A stretch of DNA of 64,000 nt from assembly GCF_009914755.1 (NCBI RefSeq), contig NC_060930.1; one strand, given 5' to 3'. Below the pieces are notes generated by a model. That model saw nothing but the letters and a program-made list of their open reading frames with translations, did no database searches and was not told the DNA's origin. Source of the stretch: the human T2T-CHM13v2.0 reference genome, Homo sapiens. Numbering within the stretch: the stretch's first letter is position 1; each line of letters begins with the position of its first letter. Below are positions 1-12,995 of this stretch, piece by piece. The translations under genes and the position numbers were made by a program.

Positions 1-184
1 ATGAGCAAACAGAAATACTTCCATATTGATTGAAGGAGAGAATGGCTTTGCATGATAAATTGAAATGCCTTTCTTTTAAATAGATTTACTCAAAGAAGAA
101 AAGAGACAGTTTTAGAAAATTTCTGAATTTTCTAAATTAAGAATGAATTGAGAAAAAAATTTATTTGTGAAACTAGGGTGAGAT

Positions 185-250
185 AAATTTGTGTTTGAGA
201 CAGAATTTGTCAAACACAAATTTGACAAATTCTGTCTCAAACACAAATTT
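185..250. repeat. Perfect 30-bp inverted repeat with 6-nt spacer
   Basis: 185-214 AAATTTGTGTTTGAGACAGAATTTGTCAAA is the exact reverse complement of 221-250. Confidence 0.95.
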
Positions 251-334
251 GTCAAGTACAAATCTGAGACAAATTTTGAGACAAAAGTGTATTTGTGAAA
301 ATGGGTTGAGAGATCATGAAGTAAAGAATATTCT

Positions 335-1374
335 TATTGGGGGAACCCACCCCCAATATTTCAACATATGTTCTATGTTCTATTTTCCATAAGTGTTGGC
401 CAGCTGAGAAATAAAGAGAGACAGTACAAAGAGAGGAATTTTACAGCTGGGCTGCCGGGGATGACATCACATATCAGCAGGACTGTGATGCTTGCCTGAG
501 TCTCAGACCAGCAAGTTTTTATTAACGGTTGCAAAAGGGGAGGGGGTGTAAGAACAGGGAGTAGGTACAAAGATCACATGCTTCAAAAGGCAAAAAGCAG
601 AACTACTAGTAAGGGTCTAACAAAGATCACAAGGCAAAGGGCAAAAGCAGAACTACTGATAAGGGTCTATGTTCAGTGGTGCACGTATTGTCTTGATAAG
701 CATCTTAAATAACAGAAAACAGGGTTCAAGAGCAGAGAACTGGTCTAACCACAAATTTACCAGGGCAGAGTTTTTCCCCACCCTAGTAAGCCTGAGGGTA
801 CTGCAGGAGACCAGGGCGTATCTCAGTCCTCATCTCAACTGCATAAGACAGACATTCCCAGAGCGGCAATTTATAGACCTCCCACCAGGAATGCATTCCT
901 TCCCTAGGGTATTAATATTAATATTCCTTGCCAGAAAAAGAATTTAGAGATACCTTCCCTACTTTCACGTCTGTTTATAGGCTCTCTGCAAGAAGAAAAA
1001 TATGGCTCTTTTTGCCCGACCCCACAGGCAGTCAGACCTTATGGTTGTCTTCCCTTGTTCCCTAAAAATAGCTGTTATTCCAGTCTTTTTCAAGGTGCCC
1101 TCATTTCATATTGTTCAAACACACATGTTTTACAATCAATTTGTACAGTTAAGACAATTATCACAGTGGTCCTGAGGTGACGCGCATCCTCAGCTTATGA
1201 ATATAACAGGATTAAGAGATTAAAATAAAGACAGGCGTAAGAAATTATAAAACTATTATTTGGGAACTGATAAATTAAAATTTGTCCACATTAAAATGAA
1301 ATCTTCACAATTTATGTTCCTCTGCTGTGGCTCCAGCTGGTCCCTCCATTCGGGGTCCCTGACTTCCTGCAACA
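335..1374 (-). mobile_element. MER11-family solo LTR (HERV-K11/HML-8; probably MER11C or B)
   Basis: Minus strand starts TGTTGCAGGAAGTCAGGGACCCC and ends GGGTGGGTTCCCCCAATA; 6-bp TSD tattct/cattct. Confidence 0.88.
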
Positions 1375-2343
1375 CATTCTAATATCAGGAAAGTTTGGTT
1401 TGATACTTGAAGAATTAATAAACACATTTTTATGGAGAGATATGAATGTACTTAGAGCAGATGATTTAATACTGTTAAGATGTCAGTTGGCATTCTCCTA
1501 AATTTGATCTATAGATTCAACAACATCGCAATAAAAACCCTAGAAGTATTATCTGTGGTCACTGACAAGATGAGTCTAAAATGTATATGAAGAAAATCAA
1601 AGAACTTAGAATATCCAAAATAGTTTTGAAAAAGAAAAAGTTAAACATTTGTATTATCTGATTTCAAAACTTACTGTAAATATATAGTAATCAAGACATT
1701 GTGGTATTGATGTAAAGATTAACATTTAGATCAATAGAATTAAATAGAGTCTAGTAGAAATTCACATGTATATGTTCAATTATTTTGTATGCTAGGTCCT
1801 AATATGACTAAATAGAGAAGAGGGAGTCTTTTTAACAAATACTGCTGGCACAACTAAATATTTACTTGAGGAAAAATAAAAAATTACTCTTATCTCACAT
1901 GATACACAAAAATTAATTGTAAATAAACTATAGACCTATGGTTTTAAGAAGAAAATATAGGAGAAAGTCTTTGTGATCTTTTGGTATGGAAAGATTTTCT
2001 ATATAGAACACGAGAAGCATTAAACACAGAAGAAAAAAATCAATAAAATGAACTTGATCAAAATAAAAAACTACTGCTCTTCAAATGCTACAGGCTGAGG
2101 GAAATATTTGGAACACATATATCTGACAAAAATTTGTATCCAGATTATTTTAAACAACACTACTTAATACTAAGATAAACAATCCAATGTAAAAATAGGC
2201 AAAAGATTTGAACATTTTACAAAAGAAGCACATGAAAGAAGTGCAATATTGTTAACATGAGGGAAATACAAATTAAAGCCAATATGAGATACCACTACAA
2301 GCCCATTAGAATGGCTTAAATTAACAACAACATAAACTAATGA

Positions 2344-2687
<344 letters not shown>

Positions 2688-2914
2688 TGGAAGTAGAACT
2701 CTTATACATTGCTGGTGGGAAGGTAAAATGGTATAATCATCTGCAAAAACAGTTTAGTAGTTTCCTGAAGAGGTAAACATGCAATTGCCATACAACCTAG
2801 CAATTCTGCTGTTAGGAAGTTAGCCAAGAAAGATGAAAATATATGGCCACACAAAGACTTGTGCATGGACGTTCACAGCAATTTTATTCATATAGTCAAA
2901 AATTGGAAGCAAAC

Positions 2915-3327
2915 TGTCTTAGTCTGTTTAGTGTTGCTGCAACAGAACACTTGAGGCTGTATAATTTATAAAGAAAAGAGGTTTATTTGGCTTATGATTC
3001 TGGTGACTGGAAAGTCGAAGAGCATGGCACCAGCAACTGCTCAGCTTCTGGTGAGGTTCACATATTACATCACAGCATGGCAAAGAAGCAGAAAGGTGAG
3101 TAGGCATGTGCAAAAGGGACCAAACAGGAGGAGTAGCCTTTATAACAACCCACTCTTGTGGAAACTAATCCATTCTCACAAGAACTAGCCCAGTCTCATG
3201 AGAAAAGTGTTAATCTGTTTTAATGACCTAATCACCCTTTCAAGGAACCACCTCCCAACACCGCTATATTGACAAGTAAATTTCAACATGAATTTTGATG
3301 GGGATAAATCTCATTGAAACCGTAATA
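2915..3327 (-). mobile_element. MaLR LTR (MSTB-like)
   Basis: tgtcttagtctg...taatttataaagaaaagaggtttatttggc...agcatggcaccagc pattern; degenerate 5-bp TSD caaac/caatc. Confidence 0.75.
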
Positions 3328-3616
3328 CAATCCAAATGTCCCTCAACAGGTCAACAAATAAACAATTTGTGTTTATGTCCACACAATAAAATGTTACTCA
3401 ACAATAAAAAGGAACAAGCTAGTGTTACACAACAATATAGATAACTCAAAAACATTATACTGTGCAAAAGAAAGTCTATACAAATGAGTACAAAATATAT
3501 TATTTTATTTATGTGAAACTCTAGAAAAGACAAACCTAATGTACATTGACAAAGCAAATCAGCGGTCCCTTGGAGCCAACTGCATACTTAAAATGGATGC
3601 ATTCAGTTATGTAAAT

Positions 3617-3956
3617 CAGGGGTCCCCAGCCCCCAGGCTGTGGACCTGTACCGGTTTGTGGCCTGTTAGGAACCAGGCTGTACAGCAGGAGTTGAGCAGT
3701 GAGTGAGAAAGCATCACCACTTGAGCTCTACCTCCTGTCAGATCAATGGTGACATTAGATTCTCAGAGGAGTAGGAACCCTATTGTGAACTGCATATGTG
3801 AGGGATCTAGGTTGCACTTTTCTTATGAGAATCTAACTAATGCCTGAAGATCTAAGGTGAAACAGTTTCATCACAAAAACATCCTCCCCCACCCACCACA
3901 GAAAAATTATCTTCCATAAAACTAGTCCCTAGTACCAAAATGTTTAGGGACTGCTG
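3617..3956 (+). mobile_element. MER1B (hAT-Charlie DNA transposon)
   Basis: CAGGGGTCCCC...GGGACTGCTG termini; perfect 8-bp TSD ATGTAAAT. Confidence 0.88.
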
Positions 3957-4496
3957 ATGTAAATCATGCCTTAATAGAGTTAAAAATTGAAAAAATAAAA
4001 CAACCCACGGCGAAGGCAATGAAGATGAGATTTCATTGTCTTTACCTAGAACTCAGTAAGTGGGAAAAAAGAGATAAAAATGATGAAAATGGGGACAGAA
4101 AATGTAGGGAACAAATCCTAGAAATCCAATCTTTATATTTAGACTTCTAGGAGGGGATATTCTTTTAAACAAAATTTATATCCTGCATTGAGTTGTATAA
4201 CCTGGCAAAGGATAGAATCTCAGATGATTTATCTCCCGACTGCACTTAGGTTTGTTTGATCTTTCCTTCCTCCTCTTTCACTCATTGTGGCATCCAAAGA
4301 TTACTACCATCAACAACATTGTATGAATTCTGGCTTAAATATTTGTTCCACAAAATGAAATTTTTCTTGCTTTAGATTCCCAAGCTCTGGGGAAGAGGAA
4401 AAGGTTGTCATTACATTGGACATCCTCTATTCATTTACACAGGACTATAGCAATCATGTAAGCCTACTTTTTCAGAAAGTATATACTACTGAAATT

Positions 4497-4518
4497 TGTG
4501 TGTGTGTGTGTGTGTGTG
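4497..4518. repeat. (TG)11 microsatellite
   Basis: Read directly. Confidence 0.9.
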
Positions 4519-5989
4519 TTTAAATTCCTATCTTAGGACTGAAAAAGATGTGCACATCTCTCTTAAATTTTGAAGAGACTATTCAGCAAAGGTAGTGTAG
4601 ATCCCAACACTTCCCTTCAAATGGGGTGGACCCGCCCTTCCTAGGAATGAAGAATAGTGACAACTAATCTGTGACACAACAATTTGAGTAGGATTCCTAA
4701 TATTTTCATGAGGAGTAGCCAGGCTTTAGGAAATTTGGCAGTGTTAAGGCGATGTAGTAATTTTGCTGGAGGCTTAGCATAATTATTCAAAACAAGTCCC
4801 TAGAATTTCATTCATCTTTTGGATGAAGTCCAGCAGAAACAAGTTGAGTGGTTTTGCCAACCAGAGAACAGTTTGAGTGATTTTTCAGCAATGTTATAAA
4901 TACTTTCAAGGAACAATGAGATTTTAGGAATGACTTAGAGAAGATGCAGAGAACTTCATTCCCTTAAAAATTACCACTGTTCACAAAAGAGATGTGATGT
5001 CACTTATCTTTAATTTTTATACTATTACTTTGTGTTCTGAGACATGGCTCTAACTGAATTTTGTGTCTCTTACTCTTAACTTTTATAATTATTTTTGCTT
5101 TTTAAGACTAATGTCAATAAAACTCTCATACTTGTGCCATTAGAGAGTAAGTTGTACCATGTAAAAACTAATAATTAGGTTGATGAATCAGGCATGGCAA
5201 TGAGTAATTGGGTGGAGCTTGGCAAAATTTTTAGTTCCATCAGAATGGAGAAATTTAGAGAAGGAATTTTATTACCAAAAACAGGAGGGTGGAAGTGGGG
5301 TCTTTTTCTAGGTGTTTTTCTTTAGTTTCTAAAGTAAATTATTATTCTATGAGAGCCACATTATTTTAATGTGAATAATTTTTTCAGAGATCATTTATTT
5401 GTAAACAGAAATGATTAACTCTTACATCATAGTTTTCCTGTTAAACTAGTGTCTATATACCACAGGCATAACCAACCACAATTGAAAAACATGGTCAATC
5501 TAACTCACTGTGGTTTGTCTGTGTAGCCACACCTTGAGATGGGAGCCTGGAAATGCCAGTTTTGCTAGTCTCAGTACAAATTAGCTACACTTCAGAAACA
5601 GATCATCTCAATTTCCTACCTCCTTTCTCTCTCTGTGTACCTATTATTTTCCTTTTCCACAAAAGACATAAAAATCTCTCTTTCTTCCTGAAGAAAGAAT
5701 CTGTCCTGGTAGAAGTTGTCCAGATAATACCCTGAATCTGAAGATTTAGAGATCATAAATTTGAGCAAGAGGAAGAGCCGTGGCCTTGGCCTGGGCTCGG
5801 GAGGCCTATGCCCTGCTCCATCTCTGCCACTGTTTAACCGTCTGAGTAGGTGAAAGATGCGCATTCCCTGTTCTCACTTTCTGCACCATCAGAATAAGAG
5901 GGCTGGTCTGGATTATAGCTAACATTCTATGAATCTGATTCTTTCTTTGTTCTCGTTTATTCTGCCCTAGCTGACCTCCTCAATGGGTG

Positions 5990-6200
5990 CTTTAGAGTTT
6001 ACAAAGCTCTTCCATACTTTTATGTTTTAAAAAGCCTTTCACATTCTTGATCTCATTAGATTTTTATAGCAAGTTGGAGTGAGAAGCAAAGCAGATTTTA
6101 CTACTTTTGCTTTATAGGTGAAGAAACTGATGCCAATAGAGGATTTTTGACTTGCTCATTGGCTCATGGCTTCTAATGGTTGAAGCCAGGGTTAGGAGCC
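5990..6200 (-). mobile_element. MIR fragment
   Basis: ttataggtgaagaaactgatgcc MIR core-like motif. Confidence 0.55.
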
Positions 6201-6445
6201 ACACTGTTAGTAAGTCGTTCCCCATTCTATGCAACCACATTTCATGCCCCCCAGTACATAACGGCTTAAAGATGGTTTGGTTCTTCCATTCTCATTTCTA
6301 AGGATTGAAAACACAAACTCCAATTTGTTTGTGAGCTTCCCTCATTCTGAAGCTTCAGAGCACTGAAAAGTAATTTAAGGGTTGAGTTCAGAAAATGGCC
6401 AATGTACATGTGTTTAACAAGAGTTGTTTTAGTCATTGAAATAGG

Positions 6446-6646
6446 CAGGGCCAGGAGTAAGGTGAAATGAGTGAGGCCTTTGCTTCAGGCACAAAATTTA
6501 AGGGGATACAAAAAAAAGTAATCAAGACGAATATTTTAATGTAGTTAAAGTGCAATTTAATATAACTTATGTTAAAAGAATAAAAATTATTGCAAAAATT
6601 CCATGGTGAACAACACATTAAAATTTTGAATAAAGATGGGATCAGT
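6446..6646 (+). mobile_element. hAT-Tip100-type DNA transposon fragment (MER91/Zaphod-like)
   Basis: cagggccagg...gtgaggcc...ggcacaaaatttaagggg terminus. Confidence 0.5.
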
Positions 6647-7530
6647 AGAGAAAAAGGATAAAAATTACATACATGTAATTACATGAATATAATTCTTCAA
6701 TCTGATAAAAATGGCTACTATACCAAATCTACGTCCCCTGCCTCCAGACTTCTGATAATGTAAGGAAAAAAAAAAGCAAAACTATTCGATTAAACTATTA
6801 TTAATTGTGCCTTCTGTTACTTGCAGCCAAACACACTGAATCAACATTTTTGAGTCTTATTGGCTGACCATACCTATTTCCTACAACTTTATCTTATACC
6901 AAGAAGGTGCACAATAAGTATTTATTGATCCGAAAGAAATTTTTCATTAATTGGGGATATTTCAAAAATAAAATGCTGTTAAGTTATAGGTATAATTCAA
7001 AATTGCTGGGATAGACATAGACAGGCAGTGTTGAGAGGGCCATAGCAAGTATTCAATAAAGTAATAATAGTAGGTAATGTTTACCAACTATTTGTTATAT
7101 TTCAGAGAATGTTGATTTTATTTCTAATATCTGCAGCTTTCTCAAAAGGTAGCACTTATTTATCTTTTAGTTCACGGATGCAATCCAAGCTATCAATGTA
7201 TTCCTGGGATGAATTATATGTCAATGAATTTAGCTACTAGCAGACTATTTAAACAACCATTTAAAAACTTCTACTTTTGCCTAACTTCAAGCCCTTAAAC
7301 ACCTGTTGCAAGACAAGTAAGACATTGTCTCTGCCCTGAAAGAACTTGCCATCTGATGGGAGGTTTATAACCCAATGAGGAGTTTATCTCCCACAGACCT
7401 GTTTCCTCCCTGCCTCCTCATCTCCTATTCTTGCCTTTAGTGGTCCAGCTCCAAGATTTTAGAGCTATTAGCAATGGCTTGGAGCTGAGTGGTTCCTGCT
7501 TCTATTGTGTTGGGAGTGTCAGCTATGATA

Positions 7531-7583
7531 CTAAGTTGGTGCAAAAGTAATGGCAAAAACCACAATTACTTTTGCAACACCCT
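7531..7583. mobile_element. MADE1 (Hsmar1 MITE), internally deleted
   Basis: aagttggtgcaaaagtaat-ggcaaaaaccacaattacttttgca resembles the MADE1 terminal inverted repeats. Confidence 0.8.
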
Positions 7584-8392
7584 GCCCCCAAAATAGCTCT
7601 CTGAGTTAGAATTCTGAAAGCCTTTCTTAGAAAAATACTGTTGGTTCTACTTGATGGCTAGATTAAAATACAAATTTTTTTTATTTCAGGTGAACTTTAA
7701 GTTCAATAGGCCCTGTGGGTAGGCCTGAGGCTTAATATTTATGTATGACATAGTTTCAGCTGGAAGGTCAGACGAATGAATGATCAACAAATTTTTGGAA
7801 CACAATACAACAATAACTGGGAGACTACCCATATAGATACTAGGTGCATTGTGTAATATCACAATATGCCTGGGGAACATTCTCATAATAGCAGTTTAAA
7901 CTAGCAGCAATGAATCCAAACTTGCTTAGCAAGGCAAACTCTGTCATCATTCTTTATGGATGTCAAACATCTATTTAGTTACTATTGCATAAACTAACAC
8001 TTATAACATGTCAACTCAGCTTGGTCTCAACTAGCTCTTATTTTTAAGATGATTAACATTTTTCTTAATATTCATAGGCATTTATTACATACCCTTGCAT
8101 TGTGATATGTTGGGCATTTGACCATTTTACCACAACTGCGTACTAAAGGAATGAATTAAAATTTAGTGCACTCTCAGGCACCATATCAATAATCTTAACT
8201 CTGCAACATTAACTCTAAAAACTTGTAACTAATAGTAAAAGTTCACTGTATTTTAAATCTTCTTTTAAATTGTACTGTGTTCTTATATTAAACCATAACC
8301 TCATTTCCAGTAGAGATGAAACAAGCTGACAAATTACACACTTATTTCAACCTATTATTCTATTTCTTTGACATATACCATGTATAAAATTA

Positions 8393-8750
<358 letters not shown>

Positions 8751-8824
8751 ACCTGGATTCTAGTTCAAGCTCTGGCTGACCATAAAAACTTGGTCAAATA
8801 ATTCCTAGTTTGTTCCCTGATAAT

Positions 8825-8940
8825 TTTTCTTTTAATTTAAGAGACAAGGTCTAGCTCTGTTGCCCAGGCTGGAGTGCAGTGGCACGATAATAGCTCATTG
8901 TAGTCTTAACTCTTGGGCTCAATTTACCCTCCTGCCTCAG
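8825..8940 (-). mobile_element. Alu 3' fragment (J/monomer type)
   Basis: gagacaaggtctagctctgttgcccaggctggagtgcagtgg. Confidence 0.8.
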
Positions 8941-9476
8941 ACTCAATTAGTTTATAGAAAAGCCGTATGTTCTGTTAATACTATCTCAAGAGTTTCCAAT
9001 AGTATCACATCTAAGACTGCACTGGCCACCAGAAATGTTAAACACAAATCTATGCATGTCTAGGCAAGAAAATATATGTATTATTATGAATATGTATTCA
9101 TACATAATATACTATGAATGTGTATATATATTCATAAAAGTTGTTTGTAAATGAGAAGTAAGGTTTTATGAAGTGGTTCTAACTTTTTCTCACTTTGTCT
9201 AGAGCTTGACTTCAGCACCTTTTATCATGTAATTATTAGTTTCTTTGCCAATCTTCCCCACAAGTCAATGGCTTTGTCAAAGTTTTGGGATGTACGTTAT
9301 TATCTTCCTGAGGCTAACACAATAATTGTTACATATAAGAAATTCTTTAAATATATGTTAAATGAATATATTCAACAGTAAGCTGAGGGTATAAAGTATA
9401 ATTACCACAAAAATGATAGGTAAAGCTCTTTTTATATTATCTAGGTTTTGGCATAAGTACACTACTTCTTTACTTC

Positions 9477-9774
9477 TTTTTTTTTTTTTTTTTTTTTTTT
9501 TGAGACAGAGTCTTGCTCTGTCTCCCCGGCTGAAGTACAGCAGCGCAATCTCAGCTCCCTGCAACCTCTGCCTCCTGGGTTCAAGCAGTTCTCCCTGCCT
9601 CATCTTCCTGAGTAGTAGCTGGGATTACAGGCGCCTACCACCACACCCAGCTAATTTTCGTATTTTTTAGTAGAGATGGGGTTTCACTGTGTTGGCCAGG
9701 CTGGTCTTGAACTCCTGACCTCAGGTGATCTGCCAACCTCGGCTTCCCAAAATGCTGGGATTACAGGCATAGCT
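9477..9774 (-). mobile_element. AluS, slightly 5'-truncated
   Basis: Long T tail; TSD cactacttctt at 9460-9470 and 9775-9785. Confidence 0.9.
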
Positions 9775-10439
9775 CACTACTTCTTGACAAAACTTCTGAC
9801 ATAAAATCTGAATATGGAAGGATAAATGTTACATAAATTATTGTAACCTTAATCACCACCGAAGTTGTTCAAAAATAAGTCTTCGAAAGTCTTTCAGGCA
9901 GTGGTACAATTCCATAGCCATGTCCAGGTATCTTAAGAAGCACGTAAACCATAATGATGTATATAAGAAAACATTTCGGACCAAGCTTAAAGCAATTAAT
10001 TTATATTAAATATTTAGTAGATCTATGCAAAAAACATTAAATGATATGCATGTCTGCTTTATACCACATATACTATACCACACCCACAATAGTAAAGAGT
10101 CCCATTAGTTCAGTGTGACCGACTTTCTATAAATCCCATGAATAGGAAAATCGGAATTTTTTTCTGGTTGCATATCACATGCTCATTAATTGTCCCTAAG
10201 GCCACTGCCTAAAACAGGCTCCAGTCCAGTGGGTAATGAAGGTGATCCCTTTCCTGAACTAAACAGATCATGTGGCACTGTGAATGCCCAAAGCAGGTAA
10301 GCCCTGCCTTCCGTGATTATTGATAAATATAAATGAAAATGAAACAAGTTACAAGCCAAAGTAATTACTATGTAGTGTTACAATCATATGACAACAATAA
10401 GAAGTATTATTATTCTGCCAATAATATGATGGAAACCCT

Positions 10440-10640
10440 GTAACAATAATACTACTCATTGAATATTTAATATGTGCCAGTTCCTGGGCTAACTGTTTTT
10501 ATAGCAATGTCTCATTGAATCCTCACCAAAAACTTGAGAACTAAAGCCCAGTTGAGTGACATTGCCCTGGCTTATATAGCCCATAGGTGTCAGAGCCAGG
10601 ACTTAAACCACAGCCAGCTCACCCCAGAACTCATGCTCCT
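10440..10640 (-). mobile_element. MIR fragment
   Basis: atgtgccag...tctcattgaatcctcacc...gtcagagccaggacttaaacc. Confidence 0.6.
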
Positions 10641-11450
10641 TAATCACTTAACACCGACAATGGGAAATGTTAATTAAATACCAGCACATGCTATAAGGAT
10701 CCTGCCACCTCACTATTAATAACTCAGCAGCCAATTTGCAAAAAACATTCAAGTGGATTCTGTTAATTGCAAACTTATGCTCCTTCCTCTATACAACTAA
10801 GGGAACACCTGACCATAGAACACAGTGCAGGGTCACTGAGTAGGTGGCACAGGGAGTATGGCACAATCCAACATGACCACTGTGGCCAGAGAATGCTCCA
10901 TGTTGGACCACCATTTCTCCTTTACAGACCAAATGTCCACGCATGGTTAGTCCCCTCCCAAGTACCAGTCAAGGGGGTGAGAAAATCAAAGCACAAGCCT
11001 CTCCTACACAAGAGTGAATAAAAATGCTGGGAGAGCAGGGCTCAGCTGTACAAAGGGCATACAGGGCCCACACATACAGCTATTGTACTTCTATCCATAG
11101 TCTCTGAAATTAGCCTCTGATTTCTTTTTGAATACAACTTTTTAGGTTTGGATGTGATTGTATTGTACACTTTAATCACTCCAGGTGGATCTATATCTTC
11201 ATGAGAAAAGGTTTCACAACCTTTGTCAAAAAAGACTCCAGCACATAATAACTCATTTTTTTTAATCTGATGATCTTCATCCTATAGTGCAAATTTTTGC
11301 TTAAATAATTGAGAATATCATCATCTCTATTACTCAACAAGGCCTATTTTAATACTAGTAATTGAATTTCTGCAAGAAGTTGTTTTTCAGTTTGACCTGC
11401 TGTGTGTACCCTTCTTCTCTTATGTTCAATGTAACTTGGCTTTTTCACTT

Positions 11451-11825
11451 TGTATTAGTCAAGGTAAGCTAACTGTTTTAACAGTGAACCCCAAATCTCA
11501 GCAACTATCACAACAAAAGTTTATTTTTTGCTCTAATCACAGTTCAGTTCAGAAAACAGGCAGCTTGCTTCCAAAGGATGAGCTGGGGACCCAGGCCCCA
11601 CCCTTGTCAACAAACCAACGTATTTAACCATGTGCCTCTGGAAGGGGAAAGAGAGTGGAGATTCATGTGGAGAGGGCTTTCATGAATCAAGGAGGAACTA
11701 GTACCTGTTGCTTCTACTCACATGTACTGATCAGCCCTCAGCTACTGTGAGGGAGCTGGAAAACATGTAGCCAGAGACAGGAGGAGGAAATGAATATTGG
11801 TGAAGAGCAGCTGTCTTTGCCAAAC
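11451..11825 (-). mobile_element. MLT1 (K/L-like) MaLR LTR
   Basis: tgtattagtcaagg...ccccaaatctcag...aacaaaagtttatt pattern. Confidence 0.6.
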
Positions 11826-12149
11826 ATAAGCAGAGTAAATGAGAATTATCTTGGCCCAGGGTCTTAATATTTTATAATTAAATAATAATTAAGGAAGATG
11901 TCAGTTAAAAATATTTTGCCATCTACAATAAACCCTTTCAGGGGATCTAGTCAAAACTACTAGGATGGATACTTGTAAAAAAAATTTAAAAAACAATAAC
12001 CTTGTCCCCTGACCATGCAATTATGATACAGAAGTAGGCAAACCAAAATGAATTTTAAATATAAAAATGAAATATGGGATGAACTAAGCTACATCAATTT
12101 TTTCACTAGAAAAAAGAATTCTTATGTGAATTAAATGTGAATTAAAACA

Positions 12150-12995
12150 CTATCACTATATATTTATTAGAATGGCCAAAATCTAGAACACTGACTACAC
12201 CAAATGCTGACAAGGATGCTGAGCTACAAAACCTCTCATTCATTACTGGTGGGAATGCCATATGACATGGCCACTTTGGAGGACAGTTTGTCAGTTTCTT
12301 ACAAAACTAAACAATACTTTTACCAGCAATCACACTCTTTGATATTTATCCACAGTAGTTAGGATCTCATGTCCATGTAAAAACTAGCACACAGATGTTT
12401 ACAGCAGCTTTATTCATAATTACAAATAGTTGGAAGCAACAAGATGTTATTTAGTATGTGAATGGATAAACTGTAGTACATCTAGACAATGAAGTATTAT
12501 TTAGTGATAAAGAGAAATGAGCTATCAATACATGAAAATATGTGGAGGAATCTTAAATGCCTACTACTAAGTGAAAGTAGCCCATTTGAAAAGGCTACAC
12601 TATATGATTCCAACTATATGACATTCTGGAAAAGGTGTAACTATGAAGACAGCAAAAAGGTCAGTGGTTGCCAAAGTTAGGGGGAGGGATGACTAGACAG
12701 AGAACAGAAGATTTTTAAGGCAGTGAAACTATTCTATATGGTGCTCTAATAGTAGATACATGTCATACATTTGTGAAAACCTGTAAGATATATACAACAC
12801 CAAGAGTGAACACTAATGCAAGCTATGAACTTTGGGTGATCACTGGTTCACTCTACCCACCTGAACCATTCTGGTGCAGAATGTCAATAGTGGAGTAGGC
12901 TGTGTTTATCTAGGACAGTGGGTATCTAGAACTCTCTGTATTTTCTGATTAATTTTGCTGTGAATCTAAAACCCCTCTAAAACCTGAAGTCTAAT
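12150..12995 (+). mobile_element. L1MC 3' end
   Basis: agaatggccaaaatctagaacactgac...gattccaactatatgacattctggaaaagg...ttttgctgtgaatctaaaac. Confidence 0.75.

Noticed and set aside
189-392. 67-aa ORF with NLSNTN repeats; CRISPR-like appearance of 185-300
   Set aside because: By-product of the palindrome and local repeats; no regular repeat-spacer structure, and the DNA is primate
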